Source of the DNA: Guillardia theta CCMP2712
Lineage: Eukaryota; Protista; Cryptophyta
Assembly (NCBI RefSeq): GCF_000315625.1
Contig: NW_005434614.1
Span: forward strand, 192,284-243,247
Reading direction: 5' to 3'
Length of the DNA stretch: 50,964 nucleotides
The position numbers were made by a program, and so were the translations under genes. The notes under the pieces are model-generated. The model was not told the origin of the DNA. It saw only the letters and a program-made list of their open reading frames with translations, and ran no database searches. Of this stretch, positions 40,168 to 50,640 are shown in pieces (position 1 is the stretch's first letter; each line of letters starts with the position of its first letter).

Positions 40168-42846
40168 ATGAACAAGTCAAGGAAGAGGAGAGAGCGAAGT
40201 GAGGACGAGCACAAGCCCTCGGTAGAGGCGGAAGAGCAGGGAAGGGACATGTGTCGCATGCCGATAGACTTTGACAAGGTAAAGAAAGCGTTTGATCGGG
40301 ATGGGCTTGTGATCGTTCCAATCCTCACCGCCGACCAATGTGACGAGCTCATACTTGAGCAATGGCGCAACATCATTCTGCAACAACCTTGGAAGGAGGA
40401 GCACAGGATCCGAATCCATGGCAGTGACGGGAGACTGCTGGACTTGAAGTTGCCGGATGACCGGAGAGAGTTTCTTGACATCGTGAAGAAGCCTCTGTCG
40501 AAGCAGAGACGAGAAGAGTTTGAGCAAGGCTGGTGCCTGCACAGAGGGTTTGGCGCATGCTGCGATCCGCAGTCCTTTCACTCCCCTCTGGTGTGGGCGA
40601 TCAGGCAGGACCCGCTGCTCTACCGGCTCGCTTCCACCATCTTAGACAGGAAGGAGCTGTGGGTGGACATCAACCGCTCCATCCAGAAGCTGCCGGGGCA
40701 GGGAGAGAAGAAGTTTCTGCACTGGGACAACAATCCCTTTGCAGTCAGTGACGCGCAGGTCAAGGTTGACAGTGTGTGTGGGAAGGTTTGCTACACGTCC
40801 TCACGCTTTGTAGCTGTGCTGGGCACTCACACGCCTGAGTTCCACAAGGAGTTCAGAGAGACTTACGGCAGGTTGTACCCGCACGTGAAGGAGAGCGACA
40901 GCAAGTTTGCGCTCGATCATCAGAAAGAAGATCCTCTCCTCCTCTTTCAGCGACAGCAGACCCTCCCCGTCCCTGCCGGCTCCCTCGTCTTTTGGCATCC
41001 CCAGCTGCTGCATGGCCAAGCCAAGACCCCTCTCAACGACCCGACGGAGTACGGGTGCTACCTCGGCTACTTCCCGGCTGGCGCCCGAGCTGCTTACAAG
41101 CAAAAGTGCGGTGTGGATGAGCTGGAAGACCGACTGTCTTCCTACGAGCTGGGTAAGGCGCCAAAGCTGTGGCCGAGTTTGGACGCCATTCACTTCTTTC
41201 CCAAGAGGTTCCTCAACTTCCCTAAGATCCTTGAGAGCTACGTCAACAAGCTTCCTCCCGGCCACCCTTGGATCAAAACGAGAAGAACCTTGAAAGGCAG
41301 TGAAGCCCTCACGCTTGAGCCTGTGCTCGACCCCCAGTACTCGCCCCCCCCTCTCTCCTCGCTCGGTCAGCTGCTACTTGGCAAGAAGCCTTGGTCCGGC
41401 CAGAATGACGACGTACAAGGCGACCAGTCGTGCAAGAAGAAACGGAAGAAGGCTCAGGAGCCTCGAGGCGCCATGGACGAGGTCATGGGAGGGGGAGCAG
41501 GCGGGGAGGGAGGGTGCGGCTACAACAGTCTGAGCGTGGAGGCGAGGAGGCTCGACTGTCTTGGCAACAAGGTTCTGCTGGTCACGAAGGAGCAGCGGGG
41601 CTACGGGCTGCGAACAGACTTGGAGGTTTACGCGCAGGGGCTGGAGGAGCTCAAGTGGGAGGTCAGGAAGCAGGAGCTCGTGCGGCTGACGGCCGGAGAA
41701 GCTGGTGGACGCAAGAGACCGCATCCTTCACTCGCAGAGCTGAGGGAGAACTTGAGATGGTGCAACGTGATGGTCGGGTTCGAGTACCTGGGCGACAGCA
41801 GCACGTGGACGGCAATCGAGGAAGAGCAGAAGCAGCGGAAAGAGGACGGCGGAAGGAGGATGAAGATAGTATTTGTACCTAACCTCGAGTATTGCAAGGA
41901 GAGCAACGAGGCGACGAGCGACACGATGAAGCATCTGAAGCAAGTGGATGTGATAGTCGCCAAGACTGAATGTGTCTTTCACCGCCTTCACCGCCTCTTC
42001 CTCCTCCGAAAGTTTTCAAGTGGTCTAGGCAATCTGCTCCTCATCCCCCACACGTCGATGCTGCAGGTGCCGGCGATCGAGAGAGACACGAGGAGGAGGA
42101 AGGGAATCATTCACTTTCACGGGTTCTCCAAGTCCAAGAACTCCCTCGAGAACTGCAAGGCTGCTTCCATCCTTCTCCGCCGTCACCCTCAAGTTTTTGA
42201 CCGCCTGGTCGTCAAGTGCTCAAGGGCTGGAGGCTGTAAAGTGTGCGACAAGATCCGTCGAGCTCTGGGAGAAGAGCCAAAGCTTCACTTCATAGAGCAA
42301 GAGCTCAGCGACGAGGGCAAGTTCTCTCTCTACAACTCCTGCAGACTCGCCTTGTGCGCCTCCTCCTCCGAAGGCTTCGGCCATCACGTGCTGGAGGCCG
42401 CGGCCTTGGGCTGCCAGGTGGTGACGACGGACGGGATGCCGATGAGGAGCATCCTGAGGCATCAGGTGGCGCTCGCAAGGCCGCAAGACGAGAGAGGGAG
42501 GAGCGTCAACCTGGGCTTGACCTTCACTGTGCGGAGCCAAGAGATCGTAAGAGCCGCGGAGGTTCTGCTGCAAAAGACGTACAAGCCCGAGGCCTGCCAG
42601 CAGAACCTGCTCCTCCGCATCCGAGACTTCCGCGAACATCTCAACCACCTCGTCCGCCTTCGCTCGCATCCCTCCTCTCCACCATCCTGCTCGTGCTCTC
42701 AGCATCGTGAGCCCATCTTGGATATCGCAAAGTGCCCCAAGTGCGGGAAGCGCATGGTAGGGGAGCTGAGGCCGGTGAATCAACAGGCACCAGATCGAGT
42801 GTTCCTCTTGTGCCGCGACTGCGACTATGAGGAGAAAGCAGAATGA
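40168..42846 (+). CDS. Intronless fusion: PhyH-like 2OG-Fe(II) dioxygenase + GT-B (GT4-like) glycosyltransferase + C-terminal Zn ribbon
   Basis: Dioxygenase motifs: FDRDGLVIVPILTADQCD, LHWD (40720) and PVPAGSLVFWHPQLLHG (His at 41011). GT motifs: FVPNLE, IIHFHGFSKSKNS and LCASSSEGFGHHVLEAAALGCQVVTTDGMPM (EX7E). Zn ribbon: CPKC...CRDC. Basic clusters KSRKRR and KKKRKK. Confidence 0.85.
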   Translation: MNKSRKRRERSEDEHKPSVEAEEQGRDMCRMPIDFDKVKKAFDRDGLVIVPILTADQCDELILEQWRNIILQQPWKEEHRIRIHGSDGRLLDLKLPDDRREFLDIVKKPLSKQRREEFEQGWCLHRGFGACCDPQSFHSPLVWAIRQDPLLYRLASTILDRKELWVDINRSIQKLPGQGEKKFLHWDNNPFAVSDAQVKVDSVCGKVCYTSSRFVAVLGTHTPEFHKEFRETYGRLYPHVKESDSKFALDHQKEDPLLLFQRQQTLPVPAGSLVFWHPQLLHGQAKTPLNDPTEYGCYLGYFPAGARAAYKQKCGVDELEDRLSSYELGKAPKLWPSLDAIHFFPKRFLNFPKILESYVNKLPPGHPWIKTRRTLKGSEALTLEPVLDPQYSPPPLSSLGQLLLGKKPWSGQNDDVQGDQSCKKKRKKAQEPRGAMDEVMGGGAGGEGGCGYNSLSVEARRLDCLGNKVLLVTKEQRGYGLRTDLEVYAQGLEELKWEVRKQELVRLTAGEAGGRKRPHPSLAELRENLRWCNVMVGFEYLGDSSTWTAIEEEQKQRKEDGGRRMKIVFVPNLEYCKESNEATSDTMKHLKQVDVIVAKTECVFHRLHRLFLLRKFSSGLGNLLLIPHTSMLQVPAIERDTRRRKGIIHFHGFSKSKNSLENCKAASILLRRHPQVFDRLVVKCSRAGGCKVCDKIRRALGEEPKLHFIEQELSDEGKFSLYNSCRLALCASSSEGFGHHVLEAAALGCQVVTTDGMPMRSILRHQVALARPQDERGRSVNLGLTFTVRSQEIVRAAEVLLQKTYKPEACQQNLLLRIRDFREHLNHLVRLRSHPSSPPSCSCSQHREPILDIAKCPKCGKRMVGELRPVNQQAPDRVFLLCRDCDYEEKAE

Positions 42847-42985
42847 TGATTGAAGATGCTTGAAACATGCTCCTTTCTGCCACCTCACACAGCAGACACA
42901 GGACGTCCTCCTCCTCCTCCTCCTCCTCCTCCTCCTCCTCTCCCCTTCCCTCCCATTGCCGTTGGTCTCCTCTGATGCACAGGCG

Positions 42986-44526
42986 TCAGCCTCCAGCTGT
43001 GAACCGTCTCTTCACCTGCTGTGCCCAGCTTTCTGGTTGGCTCTGTCGCTCTCCTGCTTGAGGACGTTTCTTCTTGGGCATCGACCTGTCAGCACCATCA
43101 GGAAGAGAGACATAGAAGACGAAGACTAGAGGAGAGAGAGGATGAGGAGAAGCAGGAGGAGGAGAAAGAGGAGGAGCAGGCGGAGGAGAAGCAATAGGAG
43201 GAGGAGGAGGAGAAAGAGGAGGAGGGGAGGGGAGAGAGGAGGTGGGGGAGGAGGGGAGAGAAGGAGGTCACTTGCTCTGTGTCTTCTCAAGGTTCTCAAG
43301 GTCAACGCGCATCCCTCCAGCACTTTCAGCAGCTGCTTCTGTCTCTGTCAAGGTCTTGTCGGGTTGGGGGGGAGAGGAGGTCCGTGTCTCTCCTCTGAAC
43401 ACTCTCCTCCTCTGTTCCAGGACGCTGAACTGCTCCAAGTCGATGGCGAGCCTCTCGGGCGACATGAAGCGAAACCATCTCTTCGTGCCCTCGTCTAACC
43501 CGATCTTCAAGGAGAGTGACAACATGCAAGTGACGGAGCGCGAGAAGAAAAGACAGGGAGGCGAGGAGAGAGACGATAAGTGATGAGGGTCATCGGGAAG
43601 GGGTGAGAGGGAGGAGAAGACAAGCAGAAGAAGGAAGCCAAGGCGTTCTCACATCAGTGAACGTTGACTGCCAATTTGGGATGCCAAGATGCATGACGAG
43701 GAGGCGAAAATAGTCGGTGAAGGAATGGGAGATGAAGAACCATCGCTTGCTCAAGTCTTGGAACCAAACCTTTGCGTCCTCTCACTCGCTACTTCTAAGT
43801 GTCATCTCTTACCTGAGCGCTCGAAGGCTTCACAAACAGCAGACAGACTTTTCCGTTGCTGCAGCTTCACGCAAGGTCAGGACGACCAACCGCGTCTCCT
43901 TTACCTGCTGTCCAGATCGAACGCACGGAACTTCTCTCGAAGGAGGCGGGCCTCTTGGATCAAAGACTATGCAAAGACAAGGGATCAGGCGAGAGAGCAT
44001 GCGAGCAAGCATACAGGTGAGATGCTGCTGAGGGAATCCGTGGGAGGGAGGAGATCTCCCTGCCTGACCGGCACCAGTCAGCGAAGCAAGGCTCGAGGTC
44101 CTTCACCCCATGAGCATCTCCGTCCATGCCGCGTCATCCTCCCAGTTGACTGGCGTCTCGACCATCTGATTGACCGCGTTGATGCTCATGCATCCAAGCG
44201 CGAACGTCTCGCCTGCCTCGCCAACGTGAGAGTCTCTCCTCCTCTCCCAGCTGTCACCGTGCAGCCTGGCATCCCATTTGACCAGCAGGCCGTCGGAGAT
44301 GCTGAGAAACGCCTTGAGGTCCTCGGGCAACGCGCAGGGATGGTTGGAGCGATCCCACGAGTTGAGCGCGAAGGAGGAGACAGCAGCCTTGTCGTGGAAA
44401 TAAACCTTGGACACCCCTGAGTGACCCTGCGACACTTGAGCTCCTGAACCTCTCGAGAAGCGACAGCCGCACCTCCAAGAATGCTATCACGTTCAAGCTG
44501 ATCTCGTCAAAAAGTTCCCTTCCCAT
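42986..44526 (-). CDS. TPGS2: Tubulin polyglutamylase complex subunit 2 (SMI1/KNR4-like), multi-exon
   Basis: Motifs NSWDRSNHPCALPEDLKAFLSISDGLLVKW, ALGCMSINAV, QVWFQDLSKRWFFISHSFTDYFRL..HLGIPNWQSTFT and IGLDEGTKRWF follow TPGS2. The last exon is uncertain; an alternative stop lies at 43268. Confidence 0.85.
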
Positions 44527-44904
44527 GCTTCACGACAACCCAACCACAGGCATCCGCGATGCTTGGCCTCACGCGGAAAGAAGGATAGGATTTGCGATGC
44601 CCGCAGTTTCACTCACAAACTGAAACATTCCTGCGCCAACAAGGTCACAAGGTTCGAAGTAGATGCGATCAAGGGGGAGATGCAGCGAAGAGTCTTGAAA
44701 CAATATGGAAAAGTCATGAGGAGCGGGAGGCAGCATGCCAGGAAGTGACAGAGGAGGAGGTCCAATGAGGAAGAAGAAGGCAAGAACGAGGAAGAAGGAA
44801 GGAGGAACAAGCGAGGTAGCAGGCAGAAGATAGGAGATACGAGGAAAGAGGAAGGAGCAAGGAGCAAGGAGGAGCAAGGAGAAAGGAGAAAGGAGAAAGG
44901 AGGA

Positions 44905-44978
44905 GGGGCGAGGAGGAGGGGCGAGGAGGAGGGGCGAGGAGGAGGGGCGAGGAGGAGGGGCGAGGAGGAGGGGCGAGG
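44905..44978. repeat. 14-bp tandem repeat (gcgaggaggagggg) x ~5 in a purine-rich tract
   Basis: Directly visible. Confidence 0.85.
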
Positions 44979-46419
44979 CAGGCAGGCAGCGGATTGCGAG
45001 CGCAGTGACAAGGATTTAAAAGGAAAGAGCAGGACAGGTCGCCGCAGCACTATTATGAATTTTCAGGATTGTCTCTTATCGGTTATCATGACCGGTACTT
45101 TGGACTTCTGTACATAGGCCTATTTGCCCTCTCATAAAACCACCCTTTCACCCCCATTATGAATGGGATGATGGGGGTAGGGGTATTTGAATCGGCGTGA
45201 CAGGTGAGAGTTTTACTCGCATAAGGTAGAAAGTGCCTGAAGCAGAAAGCAGGAACTTGGCAAGCGACTCGAAACACTGAAGACCAAGCCTTGAAGGCAG
45301 ACATCCACATCCCACTAGGTAAAAAGTGCCTCTTACAAAAAACAAGACCAAAAGGAACCAGCACTGCTGGCAACTGTCAGCAGACCCGCCACCGCCAGCC
45401 CGGCGGCACGCGCGAAGCCGCGCAGACAAGAAGTACGGTAGGTATGCACTCGCATAAAGTAACTCGCATAGCCTCAAGCAGAAGAAAGCAGCAACAAGCA
45501 AAACCGTCAGGCAGAGAGCACACAGCAACAAGTAAAACTCATATCATAGCAAGAAAAGCGGTGTACGTAACTGACCGGAATACAAGTTTGTTAGATTTGT
45601 ACTTGTCCAAAGTCACGCAGATATCACATCGACCTTAGTTGCAACAAGACTGTTTTTGCTCAAAACCGAGTTTAATGCACACAAAACCAGAATTGAGGAG
45701 CACACGAGACTAGGAAAGCCCCCTCTTCGTCTCTGCACTACCATGATTGCCGTCTTGAAAACACGTGAGTCGTCTTTTTACCTTCTGCCAGTAAATCTTC
45801 GACTCGTCTTGGTTTACAGGAGAGTTTTTGTTAACTCGGCGCTATCTGACTGGCACGGCTGGCTCAAGCAAAACAAAGCAGGAACAAGCTAAACCTGCTT
45901 GCTACCTTCTGCCAGTAAATCATCCCCTTGCTTGCACACAGCGCACAGCGAGAAGCTGCACAATCACACACAAAACACAAGCCCGAAAAGAACCAGCACT
46001 GCTGGCAACCGTCAGCAGACCCGGCATCGCCAGCCCAAGCGCGAAGCCGCGGAGAAGACGTCCGAGATGAAACTCCCTTAGACGCGATACCTGGAGGCAT
46101 CCGACTGACCACTGTCAGTCGAGACGTCCGCCGCCGCCGCAAAGCTGGCGGCCGCGGACGGAGACAGAGCAGCCGCCGACAAGGAGCCCGGCGGCGCTGC
46201 CCGGGGGTCCGCCGGGGCCGGCAGCGGACAGAGGGAGGCTGGGCACAGGAGCACGGTACCGCTCGATGTGACGTATCCAGTCTGTTTAGCTTGTTCCTGC
46301 TTTGTTTTGCTTGAGGCACTTTTACCTTCTGCCAGTAAATCCGTATCCTCCTCACTAGCCGAGCCTCCGAGTCAGCGGTAGCCGAGACCAACACCACCCG
46401 TGACGGTGGCGACGCCGGT

Positions 46420-46866
46420 GCGGCAGCTACGTCCGCTATGAAGAAGTACATGTTGGCTGATCTGAAGCTAGACATTCAACCTCGCAAATCGAAAGTTTAC
46501 ATCCCCTCCTGGCATCAACACCCTGATCTCTCGCAGCTGAAGAAGAGCCTTAAGCGCCGTCTCAAGACTCAACTTCTTCACTTCGAGGTCGTCACTGGCG
46601 GGATTACACTTGGCGGCCTGCCTATCGGCACGGATGGATTTCATTTGCTTCTCGCTGTGCGCTGTGTGCATGCCGGTTTAGCTTGTTCCTGCTTTGTTTT
46701 GCTTGAGGCACTTTTTACCTTCTGCCAGTAAATCCTATTAGCGTCATGCTAGTCAGCTCCGAGCGAAGGTTTCTACCCTCAACGAAGAGCTCCAGGGGTC
46801 ATCTCCGTTTCTCCCGCGGGTCCAGTCACAGATTCGTCGCTTTGACCTCTCTGTCCACCTGGCGCT
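46420..46866 (+). pseudogene. CRE-like RT C-terminal/thumb fragment, interrupted by a 3'-end insertion (~46647-46736)
   Basis: LADLKLDIQPRKSKVY...GGITLGGLPIGTDGF resumes after the insertion as RHASQLRAKVSTLNEEL...QIRRFDLSVHLAL. This matches the GL.i...Ks...LG.PiG...F and FD motifs of CRE-clade ORFs. Confidence 0.65.
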
Positions 46867-47654
46867 TGCAGCTTCTCGTGCGCTGTGTGCCCGGAGGTTC
46901 AGCTTGTTCCTGCTTTGTTTTGCTTGAGGCGCTTTTTACCTTCTGCCAGTAAATCGGACTACTCCTTGCCAGCAGTGCTGGTTCTTTTCGGGCTTGTGTT
47001 TTGTGTGTGTTTGTGCAGCTTCTCGCTGTGCGCTGTGTGCCAGGAGGTTTAGCTTGTTCCTGCTTTGTTTTGCTTGAGGCACTTTTTACCTTCTGCCAGT
47101 AAATCCGTGTCTCGACTGTTTTGCTTGAGGCACTTTTTACCTCCTGCCAGTAAATCCGTCTCCGCAGCAATGCCCAGGGACTCGCACTCATAGGAGACTC
47201 GGACCGGGGCTGTGCTGCATCGGAGGCAGGCGAGCTCGGACCAGCAGCCGCAAGCACCCCAGTGGTGTCGAGCTCTCCNNNNNNNNNNNNNNNNNNNNNN
47301 NNNNNNNNNNNNNNNNNNNNNNNNNNNNNNNNNNNNNNNNNNNNNNNNNNNNNNNNNNNNNNNNNNNNNNNNNNNNNNAGGCACTTTTTACCTTCTGCCA
47401 GTAAATCCTATACTCCTGCTGCTGGTCCGAGCTCGCCTGCTTCCTCCCCGGCATCGGTCGGGTCACGCCGGTCCTTGGGCATTGCTGCGGCGGCGCCGCC
47501 GTCACGGGCGGCTACCGCTGACTCGGCAGGTAATGGATTTACTGGCAGAAGGTAAAAAGTGCCTCAAGCAAAACAAAGCAGGAACAAGCTAAACCTCCAG
47601 GCACACAGCACACAGCGAGAAGCTGCACAATCACACACAAAACACAATCTCGCG

Positions 47655-48964
47655 GGGGGATCCTCGTTCTCGACGGCAGGTACCCTCCCATCCTCATGGC
47701 TGCAAGATGAAGGGCGATATCCACATCCCTGGAATCCGCGATCGAGGGTCCGAGCAGTACGAGGGCTTGATGGCGGACGTGACGTTGGTCCACCCTTACA
47801 TTGGTAGCTCTGCCGACCTGACCAAGTGGGGGGAGGTCAACCTCGACGCCCTCCATGTTGCAGCGTCTGAGAAGATTCGCAAACATCGCGCTGCATATGC
47901 CATGACTACTCCTCCTCGAGCGTCATCCCTCTTGCCATCTCGACGGACGGTACCCTGCATCCTGACACCCTCCGCTTCATCTGGTATCTCGCGGACATCA
48001 TTGCTCAGCGCTCGATGCCTCTTGAGGATGCGGCGTTTGGTCGGCACTTCGTGCCTGATGACGGACCTGCTGCTGAGGTCTTGGCTCGCAAACGCGCCGC
48101 CACCTATCAGCGCCTCACCATGCAGCTGACGCTGGAAGCGCTCTTGTCTGGTGCGAGGCGCATGACGCCCTTGCGGGCGCAAGCACTTCTCGAGCCAGAG
48201 GACAGCTCCTCCTCGGACTTTGTCGAGTCGCCCGAGGAGTCTTCGCCGGAGGTCTCCGACTCCGATGGGGGACACCCTTCGAGTGGCCCCGACGATCGGC
48301 GCGGAGCTGGCGAGGCGTCTCCGTCCCTCACTGTGACGTCGGGTGCCTCCGGAGAGCTCGACACCACTGGGGTGCTTGCTGCTGGTCCGAGCTCGCCTGC
48401 TTCCTCCCCGGCATCGGTCGGGTCACGCCGGTCCTTGGGCATTGCCGCGGCGTCGCCGCCGTCACGGGCGGCTACCACTGACTCGGCTACCGCTGACTCG
48501 GAGGCTAGCGAGGAGGACTACCTCGAGCGGTACCGTGTTCCTGTGTCCAGCCTCCCTCCGTCCGCTGCCCCAGGCGGACCCCCGGGCAACGCCGGCTCCT
48601 TGTCGGCGGCTGCCCTTTCTCCGTCCGCGGCCGCCCGCTTTATGGCGGCAGCGGACGTCTCGACTGACAGTGGTCAGTCGGCTGCCTCCGGGTATCGCGT
48701 CTAAGGGATTTTATTCCTCCTGCATGCTCCTGCTGCTTGTTGCTTGATTGCTTGACCCTTAGGCTGCTTGTCGGTACGGTCTGCGCGGCTTCGCGCTTGG
48801 GCTGGCGGTGCCGCGTCTGGGTGCCAGCAGTGCTGGTTCTTTTCGGGCTTGTGTTTTGTGTGTGATTGTGCAGCTTCTCGCTGTGGACTGTGTGCCTGCC
48901 GGTTCAGCTTGTTCATGCTTTGTTTTGCTTGAGGCACTTTTTACCTTCTGCCAGTAAATCCTAT
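47655..48964 (+). mobile_element. 3' ~1.3 kb of the CRE-like element: frameshifted restriction-like endonuclease, low-complexity tail, stop at 48704 and ~260-nt 3' UTR
   Basis: KGDIHIPG...LMADVTLVHP...AASEKIRKHRAAY (frameshift) VIPLAISTDGTLHP fits the PD..D-(D/E)xK RLE with K..KY and P......G motifs. The ORF ends SGYRV* and the UTR ends ccagtaaatcctat. Confidence 0.75.
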
Positions 48965-49560
48965 GACTTCCCGGGCACCGCCGGCTCCTTGTCGGCGGCT
49001 GCCCTTTCTCCGTCCGCGGCCGCCCGCTTTGTGGCGGCAGCGGACGCCCGCTTTGTGGCGGCAGCGGACGTCTCGACTGACAGTGGTCAGTCGGCTGCCT
49101 CCGGGTATCGCGTCTAAGGGATGTTATTCCTCCTGCATGCTCCTGCTGCTTGTTGCTTGATTGCCTGACCCTTCGGCTGCTTGTCTGCGCGGCTTCGCGC
49201 TTGGGCTGGCGGTGCCGCGTCTGGGTGCCAGCAGTGCTGGTTCTTTCGGGCTTGTGTTTTGTGTGTGATTGTGCAGCTTCTCGCTGTGCGCTGTGTGCCA
49301 GGAGGTTTAGCTTGTTCCTGCTTTATTTTGCTTGAGGCACTTTTTACCTTCTGCCAGTAAATCCACTNNNNNNNNNNNNNNNNNNNNNNNNNNNNNNNNN
49401 NNNNNNNNNNNNNNNNNNNNNNNNNNNNNNNNNNNNNNNNNNNNNNNNNNNNNNNNNNNNNNNNNNNAAAATCCCTTAGACGCGATACCCGGAGGCAGCC
49501 GACTGACCACTGTCAGTCGAGACGTCCGCTGCCGCAAAACACAAGCCCGAAAAGAACCAG

Positions 49561-49643
<83 letters not shown>
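49561..49643. repeat. (CTG)n microsatellite within the retroelement nest
   Basis: About 27 perfect units. Confidence 0.9.
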
Positions 49644-49644
<1 letters not shown>

Positions 49645-50640
49645 CCTTGGGGCGGTGAAGGCTGCCGCGCCCCCTTTGCTTGCTTCTTCCCATGGGTTTC
49701 TGCAGCAGGCAGATAGCGCTTGAAAAGAGCTTTCCATTCACCCTTCCAGAAACGTCGGCACTGGCGCTTGATAAGCGCGTCCTTGGTAGGACCATTGGCA
49801 GAGTTGGGTACGGGAAGCATGCATAGGATTTACTGGCAGAAGGTAAAAAGTGCCTCAAGCAAAACAAAGCATGAACAAGCTGAACCGGCAGGCACACAGT
49901 CCACAGCGAGAAGCTGCACAATCACACACAAAACACAAGCCCGAAAAGAACCAGCACTGCTGGCACCCAGACGCGGCAGCGCCAGCCCAAGCGCGAAGCC
50001 GCGCAGACAAGCAGCCTAAGGGTCAAGCAATCAAGCAACAAGCAGCAGGAGCATGCAGGAGGAATAACATCCCGGTTCAGCTTGTTCCTGCTTTGTTTTG
50101 CTTGAGGCACTTTTTATCTTCTGCCAGTAAATCCTATATCTCCCTTACACGCGATACCCGGAGGCAGCCGACTGACCACTGTCAGTCGAGAAAGGGCAGC
50201 CGCCGACAAGGAGCCGGCGCTGCCCGGGGGTCCGCCTGGGGCAGCGGACGGAGGGAGGCTGGACACAGGAACACGGTACCGCTCGAGGTAGTCCTCCTCG
50301 CTAGCCTCCGAGTCAGCGGTAGCCGAGTCGGGAAGGTGCTCAAAGAGCAGAACAAGGGTCTGATAGCTGGACGAGGAACGATCATATCGATCGATGAATT
50401 GCAGCAAAGACACAAGACAAGTCAGCCAAAGCTCTGGAGTCTCACCAAAGAGGTGAGACGCAGTGACATGAGGACGAAAGCGCTCATGAATATAGAGGAA
50501 GACTCGGAGGTTGGACATCAACCACTGCAAGCCCTTCGGCCAATCTGAGGTGGCCATAGGTGGAACCGGGGGCACATCCGTAGCAGAATCAGGGTCGGCA
50601 TCAGCAAGGTCAGGTTGATCACACGCCCGAGGAGTCTTCG
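49644..50640 (-). pseudogene. Upstream ORF fragment of the same element, split by a nested copy (49818-50328)
   Basis: ...QTLVLLFEHLP and (LP)VPNSANGPTKDALIKRQCRRFWKGEWKALF rejoin once the insertion is removed. R...w..G.w..L is typical of the pre-RT region in CRE ORFs. Confidence 0.55.

Noticed and set aside
47390-47590. Terminal inverted repeats of a MITE or DNA transposon
   Set aside because: The inverted motifs are independent 3' ends of different lengths. The associated coding fragments are RT/RLE-like, not transposase.
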